64,000 nt of DNA, from assembly GCF_006345805.1 (NCBI RefSeq), contig NC_043008.1:25668001-25732000 (forward strand), given 5' to 3'. The notes under the pieces are model-generated. The model was not told where the DNA came from and made no database searches. It saw nothing but the letters and a program-made list of their open reading frames with translations. The first letter of the stretch is position 1. Each line of letters opens with the position of its first letter. Below, one piece after another: positions 1-11,505 of the stretch. The stretch comes from Octopus sinensis. Its lineage: Eukaryota. The position numbers and the translations under genes were made by a program.

Positions 1-1145
1 GAAGAATTCTGGAGGACGTTTTCGGAGCCAAGTAGGGGCACAGTGTTTTGCTTCTTCTATGTCATCAAAATGGGTTCCTTTGAGGATTTCTTTGAGTTTT
101 CGAAAAAGGAAGAAGTCTAATGGAGCTAAATCGGGACTATATGGTGGGTGAGGAAGCACTTCCCATCGAAATTCTTGAAGGACATCTTGCGCAACCCTCG
201 AAGAATGCGCTGGTGCATTGTCATGATGAAACAGGAACCCACCATGAAGTTTCCCTTTACGTTTTTTAATCAAAGCGTCCTTTTGCTTCCTTAAAACCTG
301 AGCATAGTAAGCTCCTGTTACTGTTCTTTGATTTTCAAGGTAATCTATCAGTGTCACACCCTCTGAATCCCAGAAAACCGTGGTCATCACTTTTTGAGCC
401 AGCTTTTGAGGTTTGAACTTGATGGGTCCTGAAGATCCACGTGGGAGCCATTGCTTTGACTGTTTTTTTTTTACTCAGGATTATACTGGTAAATCCAAGT
501 TTCATCTCCGGTGATAATTTTCACCAGAAATTGCTCTTCGTCTGCTTCAATTTTGTTCAATAATGTTAGGGAGAGATCACTTCGAAGATTCTGTTGATCA
601 GGCCGCAATGCTTTTGGGATCCATTGTGCTGAAAGCTTGCACAGTCCCAAATTATCATGAAGAATTGAATTTGCCGACCCATAGGAAATGTCTAGGGACG
701 TAGCTATCTGATTGACAGTTATTCGCCGATCTTCTTCAATTAAATTCCGAGCAGCCTCGATGTTTTTGTCCTTTTTTTGAGGTTCCAAGCGAGAGTCGTC
801 TTCAAAGTCGTCTCTTCCTTCTTTGAATCGCTGAATCCACTTGTAGACTGTAGTCGTTTTTAGAGCACGAGTTCCACAAACTTTTTCCAAAGCCTCAATG
901 ATCTGTTTCTTTCCATTCGAGTTTTACCAAATATTTTATATACGACCTTATCTCGAAATATCTGTTTTCCATGGTCGAAAAAGTAGCTTCTCTTTTAGAG
1001 AGTCTGAACAATACAGAGGCTTGCATGAAACTGATTGCAGGTAACTAAAAGCAAGGTGAGCACCCAGTGAAGTGTTCTGACATGTTTTAACTTGATAATT
1101 TTACTGCAATTAAAAAATTCTGTAACTTTTTGATCCACCCTCGTA
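1..1145 (-). mobile_element. Tc1/mariner DNA transposon with frameshifted transposase; continues past the window start
   Basis: Minus-strand translation gives HTH-like TVYKWIQRFKEGR, IITGDETWIY, HHDNAPAHS and PHPPYSPDLAP motifs. A mariner-type terminus (minus: TACGAGGGTGGATCAAAAAGTTACAG) lies at about 1112-1145 next to a TA tract. Confidence 0.93.
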
Positions 1146-1148
1146 TAC

Positions 1149-1232
<84 letters not shown>
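1146..1232. repeat. (TA)n followed by (GA)n microsatellite
   Basis: Directly visible. Confidence 0.95.
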
Positions 1233-1233
<1 letters not shown>

Positions 1234-1413
1234 AATACAATAAGAGGTGGTTTGAGTTTTCTACTGCTCTTTCTAGCACAAGGCTTTCCTATTTGGAAGC
1301 CTCTTATTGTATTTCTATGTGAATAATATATAGAATGATATATATAAATTCGTTTTTGTGTTAGGCCACTGGTAATAATAATTTCTTATTACCCTATTGT
1401 TATTTATTATGTT

Positions 1414-1783
1414 TGAGTAACAAATACGTACAGGTGTCAATTCATTACACCCGTTTCAAGCGACACCTTTTATTGATTAATGAAAACATTATGACATTGC
1501 AAAGAAACCATTTTTGTCAGATGAGTGCATAGACTTCAAACACAAACGTAAAACCAACTGCTTTAACATATTCACCAAACTTACAGTAGTAGAATCAATG
1601 TAAATATTTGAGCTCCATTGGTGAATGTATTAAAGCAGTTGTTTTCTCCTTTGTGTTAGGAAGTCTGTGTGGTCATCTGACAAAAACGGTTTCTTTGCAT
1701 TGATGTAATGTTTCCATTAATCAATTAACAGAGTCACTTGAAATGGCCATAATGAATTGACACCTGTACATCTTTGTTACTCA
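1414..1783. mobile_element. Fully palindromic (foldback) MITE-like element, about 370 bp
   Basis: Arm 1414-1578 is an imperfect reverse complement of 1618-1783 along its whole length (e.g. TACAGGTGTCAATTCATTA / TAATGAATTGACACCTGTA; TTTTTGTCAGATGA / TCATCTGACAAAAA). Loop is 39 nt. Confidence 0.75.
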
Positions 1784-2022
1784 TATTTTATTCACTTAAC
1801 CCTGGAATCTGCACTTCAGAAATTCAATAGAAAGTATGTTTGCCTTTTTATATAAAGTATCTGTCTGAACAACCAAGAACGGATCCCTTCACTCAGTTGG
1901 GTCGTGTTATCTGCATACACTGCAAGAATATCAAGTGCAAACAATTCTGCACAGTTTGATATCCACCTGATATTCAACCGAATCTTAATTATACTATATG
2001 TGTGTGTGTGTATATGTATATA

Positions 2023-2075
<53 letters not shown>

Positions 2076-2279
2076 CTAACAGCACCCCCCTCTCTAAAAG
2101 AATTTGGGAATTAAAAGACAAATGCATAGGCTTCAAACTCAGATGGTCCATCATCGGATCAGCTGCACCTTATTTAAATAATAGAGCAGGATGCCAACTA
2201 TGCTGTGTAGAACTCCTTAACATCTTGAAATTCAAAGACAAACACAATCTTATTAACAAAAGGTCAGAGTTCAAACCAT

Positions 2280-4350
2280 CCTGTATACATAAACTTATTA
2301 ATACTTTCAAATACTACAATGCTTAAGTCTTATACCAACTCCCCCATGCAATTTCCTCCCACCCGGTGCAACCTGTCGGCTCCAGCACATCCCGCTTTCC
2401 TATATGTGCGTGTATATGTGTATGTGTGTGTGTGTGCGTATGTATGTGCACATACGTGTACGTATGTGTACGTATACATATATATGTACATGTGCGTGTG
2501 TGTGTGTGTGTGTGTGTGTGGGTGTGTGTACGTGCATATAGGGTTCCCTGCATTTTCCCCCTATATATACAAATTTTGTCTCCCATATATGACTTCTTTT
2601 CCCTAAATATTTCTTCTCCTACACCCATATCCTCCCCATGTAGTCTCTTTAATCCCCTATATCTATACCCTTTCACATTTCTAACTCAGATGTTGAACGC
2701 ACACCGCCAAACTCCACTTCCCACCCTTCCAATTTTCAGTTCCCCCCGCCCGCCCCTACGTTTAACACACAACTTTAAACTTTACAAAATTATATTTTTA
2801 TCTTATTTTATTTTTATTTTTATTTTTACTTTTATTTTTACTTTTATCCTACTTCCATTTATTTTTTTTTTATTTTTAATTTTATTTTTACTTTTATTCT
2901 ACTTCCATTTATTCTCATTTTCATTTTCATCCCTTACCTTAACTCTTATAATTTTTATAATTCTTATACTTCATTTCTAACTATTACATTGTATTTCTTA
3001 TTTTATACTGTATTTTTTATTTCTAATCTTTACCCTTACCCTCATTCTTACCCCTAACTTATCGCTTTACACCTCTATATATGGATCCACCTTTTGAATA
3101 TACGAGCGTCCGCGTACGTGTGTATACGCATACATACATATGCACGCGCATATATGTACATGCATACTTCGATATCTTATAGCTATACCCATGTGCGCGT
3201 GTGTCTCTGTGTGTGTATATGAGGGTATATGTGCACGCACATACGGACACACAGCCGTGTGTGCGTGCGCGTATTGACATGAGTACGGGATTCTTTACAT
3301 ACGTTCTTATACACATCCTTTAATATCTTATACCTGGACCTAGAGGCGTGGGCATATACGTGTGTGTATGTAGTGATGGGCGCGCGTATATACTTGTGAG
3401 CGTGTACGCGCGTAATGTCCGTGTATATATGCGGATATTCTGTTGTATGTATGTGTGTGTACGCGCGTGCGTGTAGGTGCGTGTGTGTTTATGTACGTGT
3501 TTACACGCGAGTGCGTGTGTATGCTTATAGGCTTGGAGGCGTATATGTACGCGTGTATGTGGGTGTATATATCCATGATGATATGTATGTACTAGAAGTC
3601 CATTTAATTCAAGGAACCAGATTAAATGCTCATCAGCTCTGATTTACAACGCATTAAGTCCCCAGACGAAACTGATGATGTACTGACAATTCTACAACTA
3701 AATTTTATCAATCTCCTGACCACCATGCTTGGTCCATAACCTCTATACATCCCTTATCTTTACATTCTTTTACAATTTTATCATGTTTTTATCAGGTTTT
3801 TTTACTTTTATTTCTATTTCTATTTTTACTTTATATTTCTTTATACCCCCTTTACATCTACTTACAACCCTTTATCCTCTACATTTTTATATTTTTATAT
3901 TATTCTATACTTACACTTTTTATACATTTTATACCTCATCCCGAACTCTCGCCCCTCCATCTTCACCTCTATGTATGTATTTATTTATTTACATTACCTC
4001 AACATCCAATTTTCCTCATTCTACATTGAGAGAAGAAAGAGATGGACGCTTCAACTCTATGCTGCTGCCGCATTATGTCGTACGTGAATGAGAAGATTTG
4101 CATCCCCAACCAAGAATTTTTGATGTAACACATGTCCTTGTGGAAGCTGTTGTGCGCGGCTGAAGAAGGCCACAGACATACATTATGCATTGTTATAAAT
4201 CTGTCTAATAAAGGCCCGAAACATATGTACCGCTGAATCCTTCGCATCATGTTTTTATTTTATTTTGATCAATTTACTCCACCACCTACACCACCAAACG
4301 GTATACACAGGTGCTTATAATTATCAAGTACTCACCCCGAATTTCTATAT
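2280..4350 (+). mobile_element. Probable non-coding Penelope-related composite (pyrimidine-rich blocks and RY microsatellites) ending in a hammerhead motif; boundaries approximate
   Basis: No credible ORF; hammerhead-like motif near the 3' end followed by a short AT-rich tail and (TA)n, the same layout as the other hammerhead-bearing elements here. Confidence 0.4.
4156..4233 (+). ncRNA. Type I hammerhead ribozyme-like motif with palindromic helix III
   Basis: GCGG-CUGAAGA-(A)GGCC..40 nt..GGCC(C)-GAA-ACAUAUGU-A-CCGC. Helix I is GCGG/CCGC, helix III is the palindrome ACAUAUGU, cleavage triplet GUA. The first helix II pair is an A-C mismatch. Confidence 0.75.
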
Positions 4351-4515
4351 ATATATATACATATATAATATATTATATATATCAGCCGAAATTGCTAAGA
4401 TGATCTGGTTCTTGACTGATGACTGAGGGCTTCGAATGTCCCGTCCTGTGGTTCTTGTGTCGTCTCTGTGTTGTTTCATGTTCTTGTCCATGTCTGTAAT
4501 TATTTTTACTGTTTA

Positions 4516-4559
<44 letters not shown>

Positions 4560-4615
4560 ATTATATATATACATATATAATATATTATATATATATATAT
4601 ATATACATATATAAT

Positions 4616-4766
4616 GTGACGTATATTTGCCATCTCAATATGGCTACCCCTAAGGGTGGATGCTACTGTAGTTTTTAGCCCCAGGAGGACACACTCCTCC
4701 AGCTGGCCATAGACACACTTTCTGTGTCCTGTCAGTAGCCATATTGAGATGGCAAATATACGTCAC
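4616..4766. repeat. Perfect 32-bp inverted repeat enclosing an 87-bp GC-richer spacer
   Basis: GTGACGTATATTTGCCATCTCAATATGGCTAC (4616-4647) versus GTAGCCATATTGAGATGGCAAATATACGTCAC (4735-4766). Confidence 0.9.
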
Positions 4767-4825
4767 GTTGTGTTACCGCTACTGTATATAACTCACTTTG
4801 ATATTTATCATTGTTACATATATAA

Positions 4826-4862
<37 letters not shown>

Positions 4863-4928
4863 TAATATTATATATATATATAATGATATTATATATATAT
4901 ATATATATGTATAATATAATATTATATA

Positions 4929-4974
<46 letters not shown>

Positions 4975-5160
4975 ATATATATATGATATTATATATATAT
5001 TATATATATAATATAATATTATATATATATAATATTATATATATATAATATATATATAATATATAATATATATATATATAATAATATTATTATATATATT
5101 ATATAATATATATATATATATATATATAATAATATTATATATATATATATATAATATTAT

Positions 5161-5640
5161 GTATAAGGGTGAAAAGGAACACACGAGTTGATATATATGA
5201 AAAAACAAGTCAAAAATAGAAAATGCTAAAATAATTTTATAGTGAACATTTCAGTACCGGTTTCGGTCATTTTGAGACCTTTTCAACTGTAACGATTAAA
5301 TAATTAAATTTAGAAAAATTAGAAGAAAAGTTTTTTTAAAGGAATATTTCTATAGTAGTGTTCAGATATAAGTGGCATTCTGCCTTTCTCTGACTCCCTT
5401 GTTTGTACTTGTGTGTTGGAGGTCGTTGTGAGTTCTTGGTAGGGTAGTAGAGGAAGAAGGCTGATGAGGAAAGGGGGTGGAAGAATCTGGGAGTGCCCTG
5501 ATGGTCGTATTTTGAATGGTCAGTGGCGGCTGGCAGTCGCAGTTGAATTCAGGAGAATATTTCTATTGAAAGGCTTGTTTATAGAATTTGCGTAGGTGTT
5601 ATACTAAAAAACATTAGTGACAAACTTAAGGGGTAGGGGG
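5161..5640 (-). mobile_element. Non-coding Penelope-related 3' terminal segment inserted in (TA)n
   Basis: Carries a hammerhead motif followed by a tail (TTTTTTCATATATA..ACTCGTG on minus) similar to the tail of the 7795-9849 element; flanked by microsatellites. Confidence 0.5.
5248..5293 (-). ncRNA. Minimal type I hammerhead-like motif, U3-A8 core variant
   Basis: Minus: GUUA-CAG-UUGAAAA-GGUC-UCAAAAU-GACC-GAA-ACCGGU-A-CUG-AAAU. Helix I is CAG/CUG (extendable), helix II GGUC/GACC, helix III the palindrome ACCGGU, triplet GUA. Confidence 0.75.
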
Positions 5641-5649
5641 TGAAGAACT

Positions 5650-5850
5650 AGAAGAAGAAGAAGAAGAAGATGACGATGTTGATGATGATGATGAAGAAGA
5701 AGAAGAAGAAGAAGAAGAAGAAGAGAAGAAGAAGAAGAAGAAGGAGAAGGAGAAGATGACGATGATGGTGGTGATGATTATGACGACGATGATGATGATA
5801 ATGATGATGATGAAGAAGAACAGGAAGAAGAGAAAAAACAGAGAAGGGAG
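5650..5850. repeat. (GAA)n/(GAT)n compound trinucleotide microsatellite
   Basis: Directly visible. Confidence 0.9.
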
Positions 5851-5852
5851 AA

Positions 5853-6550
5853 TATATAATATATATAATTATATATAGATATATATATATTATAATATTA
5901 TATATATATCTATATATATAATATTATATATATCTCTATAAAATTTATTATTCATATATTATAATATTATTATTATATATATCTATTATATAATATTACA
6001 TATATCTATATATATAATATTACTATATATATATATATAATATTACATATATCTATATATATAATATTACATATATATATATATATTATATATATCTATA
6101 TATATAATATACATATATTATATATAATAATTATATATATTATATATTATAATATTACATATATATATATTATATAATCTATATATATATTATTACATAT
6201 ATCTATATATAATATGATTTATATATATATATTAAATATCTATATATCTATATATATAATATTACATATATATATATAATATTATATATTTATATATATA
6301 ATATTATATATATCTATATATATAATATTACATATATATTATAATATTCTTATATATATATATATAATATTATATATATCTTTATCTATATATTATATCA
6401 TATCTATATATATATATTACATATATATATATAATATTATATATATATATAAATATTATCTATATCTATATATATATATATATTATATATATATATATAA
6501 TATTATATATATATATATATACATAATATTAATATATATATATATATAAT

Positions 6551-6584
<34 letters not shown>

Positions 6585-6595
6585 ATATTATATAT

Positions 6596-6641
<46 letters not shown>

Positions 6642-7343
6642 AATATTATATATATATATATATAATCTTATATATATATAATATTATATATATATATATA
6701 TATATTAATATTATATATAATATATATATTATATTATTATATATTATATATATATATAACTTATATATATATAGATATATATATAATATTATATATATAT
6801 AATATTATATATATAATATATAATATTATATAATATATATATATATAAAATATATCTATATATATATCTATATTATATATATATATATATAATATATATA
6901 TATATTATATATATATATAATATCTATATAATATATATATAATCTTATATATATATATTATATATATAAATTATATATATATATATATTATATATATAAT
7001 ATTATATATATATATATTATATATAATATATTATTATGTATTATATATATAATATTATATTATATATATATATATAATATTATATCTATATTATATATAT
7101 ATATATATATTAATATTATATATATATATATTTATATATAATATTATTATATGTCTATTATATATAATAATATATATATATATAATATTATATATAGTAT
7201 ATATATATAATATTATATATATAGATATAATATTATATGTATATATATATATATTATTATATATATATATATATATATATAATATTATATATATATATAC
7301 TATCTATATAATATTATTAATATATATATATATATATAATATA

Positions 7344-7390
<47 letters not shown>

Positions 7391-7794
7391 ATATATATAT
7401 ATATATAAATTATATATATATATATATTATAATATCATATTATATTTAAATATATATATATATATATTCTATAATATTATATATATATATATATATATAT
7501 TATATAAATTATATACTATATATTATATATATTTATATATTATATATATATATCTATATATATATATATATATATATAATATTATATATATATATATATA
7601 ATATTATATATATATATATATTTATATATAATATTATATATATATATATTATATAATATTATATATATGTATATATATAATATTATATATATATATATAT
7701 TATAAATTATATATATATATAATATTAATATATTATATATATATATATATATTAATATATATATTATATATATATATAATATTATATATATAAA
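5853..7794. repeat. About 1.9-kb degenerate (TA)n / AT-only low-complexity tract
   Basis: Almost exclusively A/T, with TATATATAAT-type variants and rare C/G. Confidence 0.95.
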
Positions 7795-7875
7795 AAGTTG
7801 AGTTGTGGGGGGTATAGGCACGAGTGGGATTATATATGAAAAAAGGTTTGAAAATGCAATTTAAACGATGTTTAT

Positions 7876-7921
7876 TTACTCTAACCGGTTTCACTCTTTG
7901 GTAAAAGATTGTCAAAAGTAA
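7876..7921 (-). ncRNA. Hammerhead-like motif, left-arm copy (1-nt insertion in the helix I 3' strand)
   Basis: Minus: UUACUU-UUGACAA-UCUUUUACCAAAGAGU-GAA-ACCGGU-U-AGAGUAA. Confidence 0.5.
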
Positions 7922-8679
7922 CTTTGAATATTATGGGTTCAAAAAAGTTTTTTACATAATTGTCACATTGAATATTATGAATTCAAAAATGTTTTTTTAT
8001 ACATAATTGTCACATTACATGTATAAATATAGTATAAAAAAGTTCAATAGTATGATGAGAATATTTGGAAAAAATTGGCAGAAAGAATAAAACAAATATA
8101 TTATTGGAAATTTGGTTGCGTTAATTATGGGTTGTCGCAAATTGTCACATTACATGTATATATATACAGTCTTTGGTAAGAAAGGACATGTTAAAGACAT
8201 AAGGAAGTGTAATAGTTTGGTGAGAAAGCTTGTAATATTGACAGAGAAAATTAAAATGGATATTTTAGACATCTCAGAATATTTTGAATCGAAGGCGAGA
8301 ATTTGTTTTTTACTGACCTGTTTGTTTTAGCAGAAAAGTTGGATGAGAGAAAAAAGATATGTACCCAGTTTGGTTTATACTTCCCCTTCAAGCATCAGTG
8401 ATTTTGGGGTTATTGGGAGGTGAGTATGCGGGTGTGAATAGATGTGTCCGTGTGCCTGCTGGTCAGACAGCGTCTGTTTGTCACACACATATATACACAC
8501 ACACACAACAACAATACACACACACACATAGTATACACACACACACCACATACACACAACACACACACACAGAACACACAGACACACAACGCACCCACAT
8601 ATATAATATATACACACAGCACACAAATATAACATGTATTTATATATAATATACACACATATATAACACATACACACAC

Positions 8680-8721
<42 letters not shown>

Positions 8722-9757
8722 ACAACACACGCACACATATATACATAATATAAATATCACACAAATACACCTAGCAATATATACACATACAATACACCAT
8801 ACACAGCATGTAATAATACACATACACAATATATGCATGCAATATAATACGCAATACATACATATAATATATATATATATAGACAATGCATATACATATA
8901 TACATATATACATATAGTGTTTACATACACATACATAGATATACCACATATACACACAATATACATACATACAATGCATACACATACACGTACGCATACA
9001 TATAATATATATAGACACACACACACATAACATACATACACAATGCATACATATATATACACGCAACGTATATACATGTATTCATGTATATATAGCACAC
9101 TTACAATATACATATATACAATGCACACATACACACATATATACACTTAATTGTACACATACATATACAGTACACATACATACAATATGTGTGACAAACA
9201 GACGCTGTCTGACCAGCAGGCACACGGACACATCTATTCACACCCGCATACTCACCTCCCAATAACCCCAAAATCACTGATGCTTGAAGGGGAAGTATAA
9301 ACCAACTGGGTACATATCTTTTTTTCTCTCAATCCAATTTTCTGCTAAAACAAACAGGTCAGTAAAAAAAACAAATTCTCGCCTTCGATTCAAAATATTC
9401 TGAGATGTCTAAAATATCCATTTTAATTTTCTCTGTCAATATTACAAGCTTTCTCACCAAACTATTACACTTCCTTATGTCTTTAACATGTCCTTTCTAC
9501 CAAAGACTGTATATATATACATGTAATGTGACAATTTGCGACAAACAATAATTAACGCAACCAAATTTCCAATAATATATTTGTTTTTTTTATTCTTTTC
9601 TGCCAATTTTTCCAAATATTCTCATCATACTATGAACTTTTTATACTATATTTATAACATGTAATGTGACAATTATGTATAAAAAAACATTTTTGAATTC
9701 ATAATATTCAATGTGACAATTAGTAAAAAACTTTTTTTGAACCCATAATATTCAAAG

Positions 9758-9802
9758 TTACTTTTGACAATCTTTTACCAAAGAGTGAAACCGGTTAAGT
9801 AA
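9758..9802 (+). ncRNA. Hammerhead-like motif, right-arm copy, U3-A8 variant with irregular helix II junction
   Basis: UUACUU-UUGACAA-UCUUUUACCAAAGAGU-GAA-ACCGGU-U-AAGUAA. Perfect 6-bp helix I, palindromic helix III; helix II UCUUU/AAAGA is offset by GU. Confidence 0.55.
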
Positions 9803-9947
9803 ATAAACATTGTTTAAATTGCATTTTCAAACCTTTTTTCATATATAATATTATATATATAATATATATATATATATAATCATATATATAATATTTATAT
9901 ATATATATATATAATATTATATATTATATATATTATAATTATCTATT

Positions 9948-9979
<32 letters not shown>

Positions 9980-10042
9980 ATATTATATATATATAGATAA
10001 TATTATATAATCTATACAATATGTTACATTACTCGGTAGTCA

Positions 10043-10105
10043 AGATAAAACTCTGAGTTTCAGATGCCGAAGTGGAAATCCACAACACCATCTCTTCGGT
10101 TATCT
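10043..10105 (-). ncRNA. Hammerhead-like motif in the inverted pseudo-LTR copy
   Basis: Exact reverse complement of 11443-11505. Confidence 0.6.
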
Positions 10106-10189
10106 GGCTATTTGAAAACGTTATGAAAAAATACCGTTAAAAATGAAGGGAAATTACTCTGTTATAACTCTGCTTTGCCTGCGTACTTA

Positions 10190-11257
10190 ACAGCTAATAC
10201 AAATGGACCAGCACAAGATCGTTTTAGGAAGGATATTATCCAGTTAATGAAACACTTCGGACTTAGTATAACTATAGACACTAACCTGACGGTTGTCAAT
10301 TTCTTAGACGTTTCCTTAGATCTGAATAATAATATTTATAAGCCTTATAGGAAGCCCAATGATAGACTAAGTTATATTAATGTAGGTTCATGCCATCCCC
10401 CTATAGTATTCAAAAATTTAGTTAAAAATATTAGTAAGAGGATTTCTAGCTCTCATCTAATGAGGACATCTTCAATAGCGTTGCCCCAGTTTATAATATA
10501 GCTTTAAAAGATAGTGGTTTTAGCGAAAAAAAATAAAATATACACCTATCACCCCCCAACAATAAGGAAAAGGAATAATAGAAATAGGAAGGTAATCTGG
10601 TTTACGCCCCCTTACTCACCCGAGGTGGCCTTCAATATAGGTAAATATTTCCTAGCACTGATAGATAGACATTTTCCAGTTAACCATGCTTATAGGAAAC
10701 TCTTCAATAGACACAATTTAAAAATTAGTTTTAGTTCAACTACCAATTTTAAAAACATAATCAATCATAACATACAAAAAACACAAGAAGAAAACAGCTG
10801 TTCATGCAGGAATAAAGAATTGTGCCCGCTAAATGGAGCTTGCATGTCCAAGACCATCATATATGAAGCTACCGTAAACTCTAATAACACTAAAGACACC
10901 GTTTCGACGAAGAAATACGTGGGCCTTACAGAGGGTAATTTCAAGGCCAGGTTCAATAACCACACTTTGAGCTTTAGGCACTGGAACAAAAGAAAAGCGA
11001 CACAATTATCCAATCATATTTGGTCTTTAAGAGATAAAGGTGTCGATTATAACATACAATGGAAGATTTTGGCCAGATGTAAGCCCTATACTAACGGCAG
11101 CGGAAGGTGCGGTTTATGCGACATGGAGAGCTGGCTTATCTGGAAAAGCAGCTTAGACCCTACCACATGTCTAAATACAAGGACAGAGCTTTTCGGATCA
11201 TGCCCACATGTGACTAAATTTCTGTTACGTTTTTGGTCCCCTAAAGAAAACGGATAG
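10190..11257 (+). pseudogene. Penelope-like RT C-terminal region and GIY-YIG endonuclease, frameshifted at about 10450 and 10530
   Basis: VVNFLDVSLDL, YKPYRKPND..YINVGSCHPP, VIWFTPPYS, CSCRNKELCPLNGAC, IIYEATV..KKYVGLTEGNFKARFNNH, CGLCDME. Confidence 0.9.
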
Positions 11258-11442
11258 AACATGCTTTCTGTGTTATGTCCCAAGAAGATTTTATATATTT
11301 TTATATATTTTTTATGTATTTTTATATAATTTTTATGACGAAAAATGCGAGCGATGTATAAGTACGCAGGCAAAGCAGAGTTATAACAGAGTAATTTCCC
11401 TTCATTTTTAACGGTATTTTTTCATAACGTTTTCAAATAGCC

Positions 11443-11505
11443 AGATAACCGAAGAGATGGTGTTGTGGATTTCCACTTCGGCATCTGAAACTCAGAGTTT
11501 TATCT
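11443..11505 (+). ncRNA. Hammerhead-like motif in the Penelope 3' pseudo-LTR (U4-to-C, extra U before GAAA)
   Basis: AGAUAA-CCGAAGA-GAUG..GUGGAUUUCCAC..CAUC-U-GAA-ACUCAGAGU-U-UUAUCU. 6-bp helix I; helix III ACUC-A-GAGU is quasi-palindromic. Confidence 0.6.

Larger units (their letters stand above)
7795..9849 (-). mobile_element. Non-autonomous foldback element: about 660-bp inverted arms around a CA-rich spacer, with a hammerhead motif near each outer end (Penelope-like inverted-end structure)
   Basis: 7829-~8486 is a slightly diverged reverse complement of ~9188-9849. Spacer is about 700 bp of degenerate (CA/TA)n. The left arm has an extra unpaired tail at 7795-7828. No credible ORF. Confidence 0.8.

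Noticed and set aside
3589-3642. Minus-strand CUGAUGAG followed by the hairpin CAUUUAAU/AUUAAAUG
   Set aside because: GAAA and the helix I 3' strand are missing; at best a decayed hammerhead remnant.
2319-9146. Many long ORFs rich in C/V/Y/I/H/T in the supplied track
   Set aside because: They are translations of (TG)n, (CA)n and (TA)n microsatellites.
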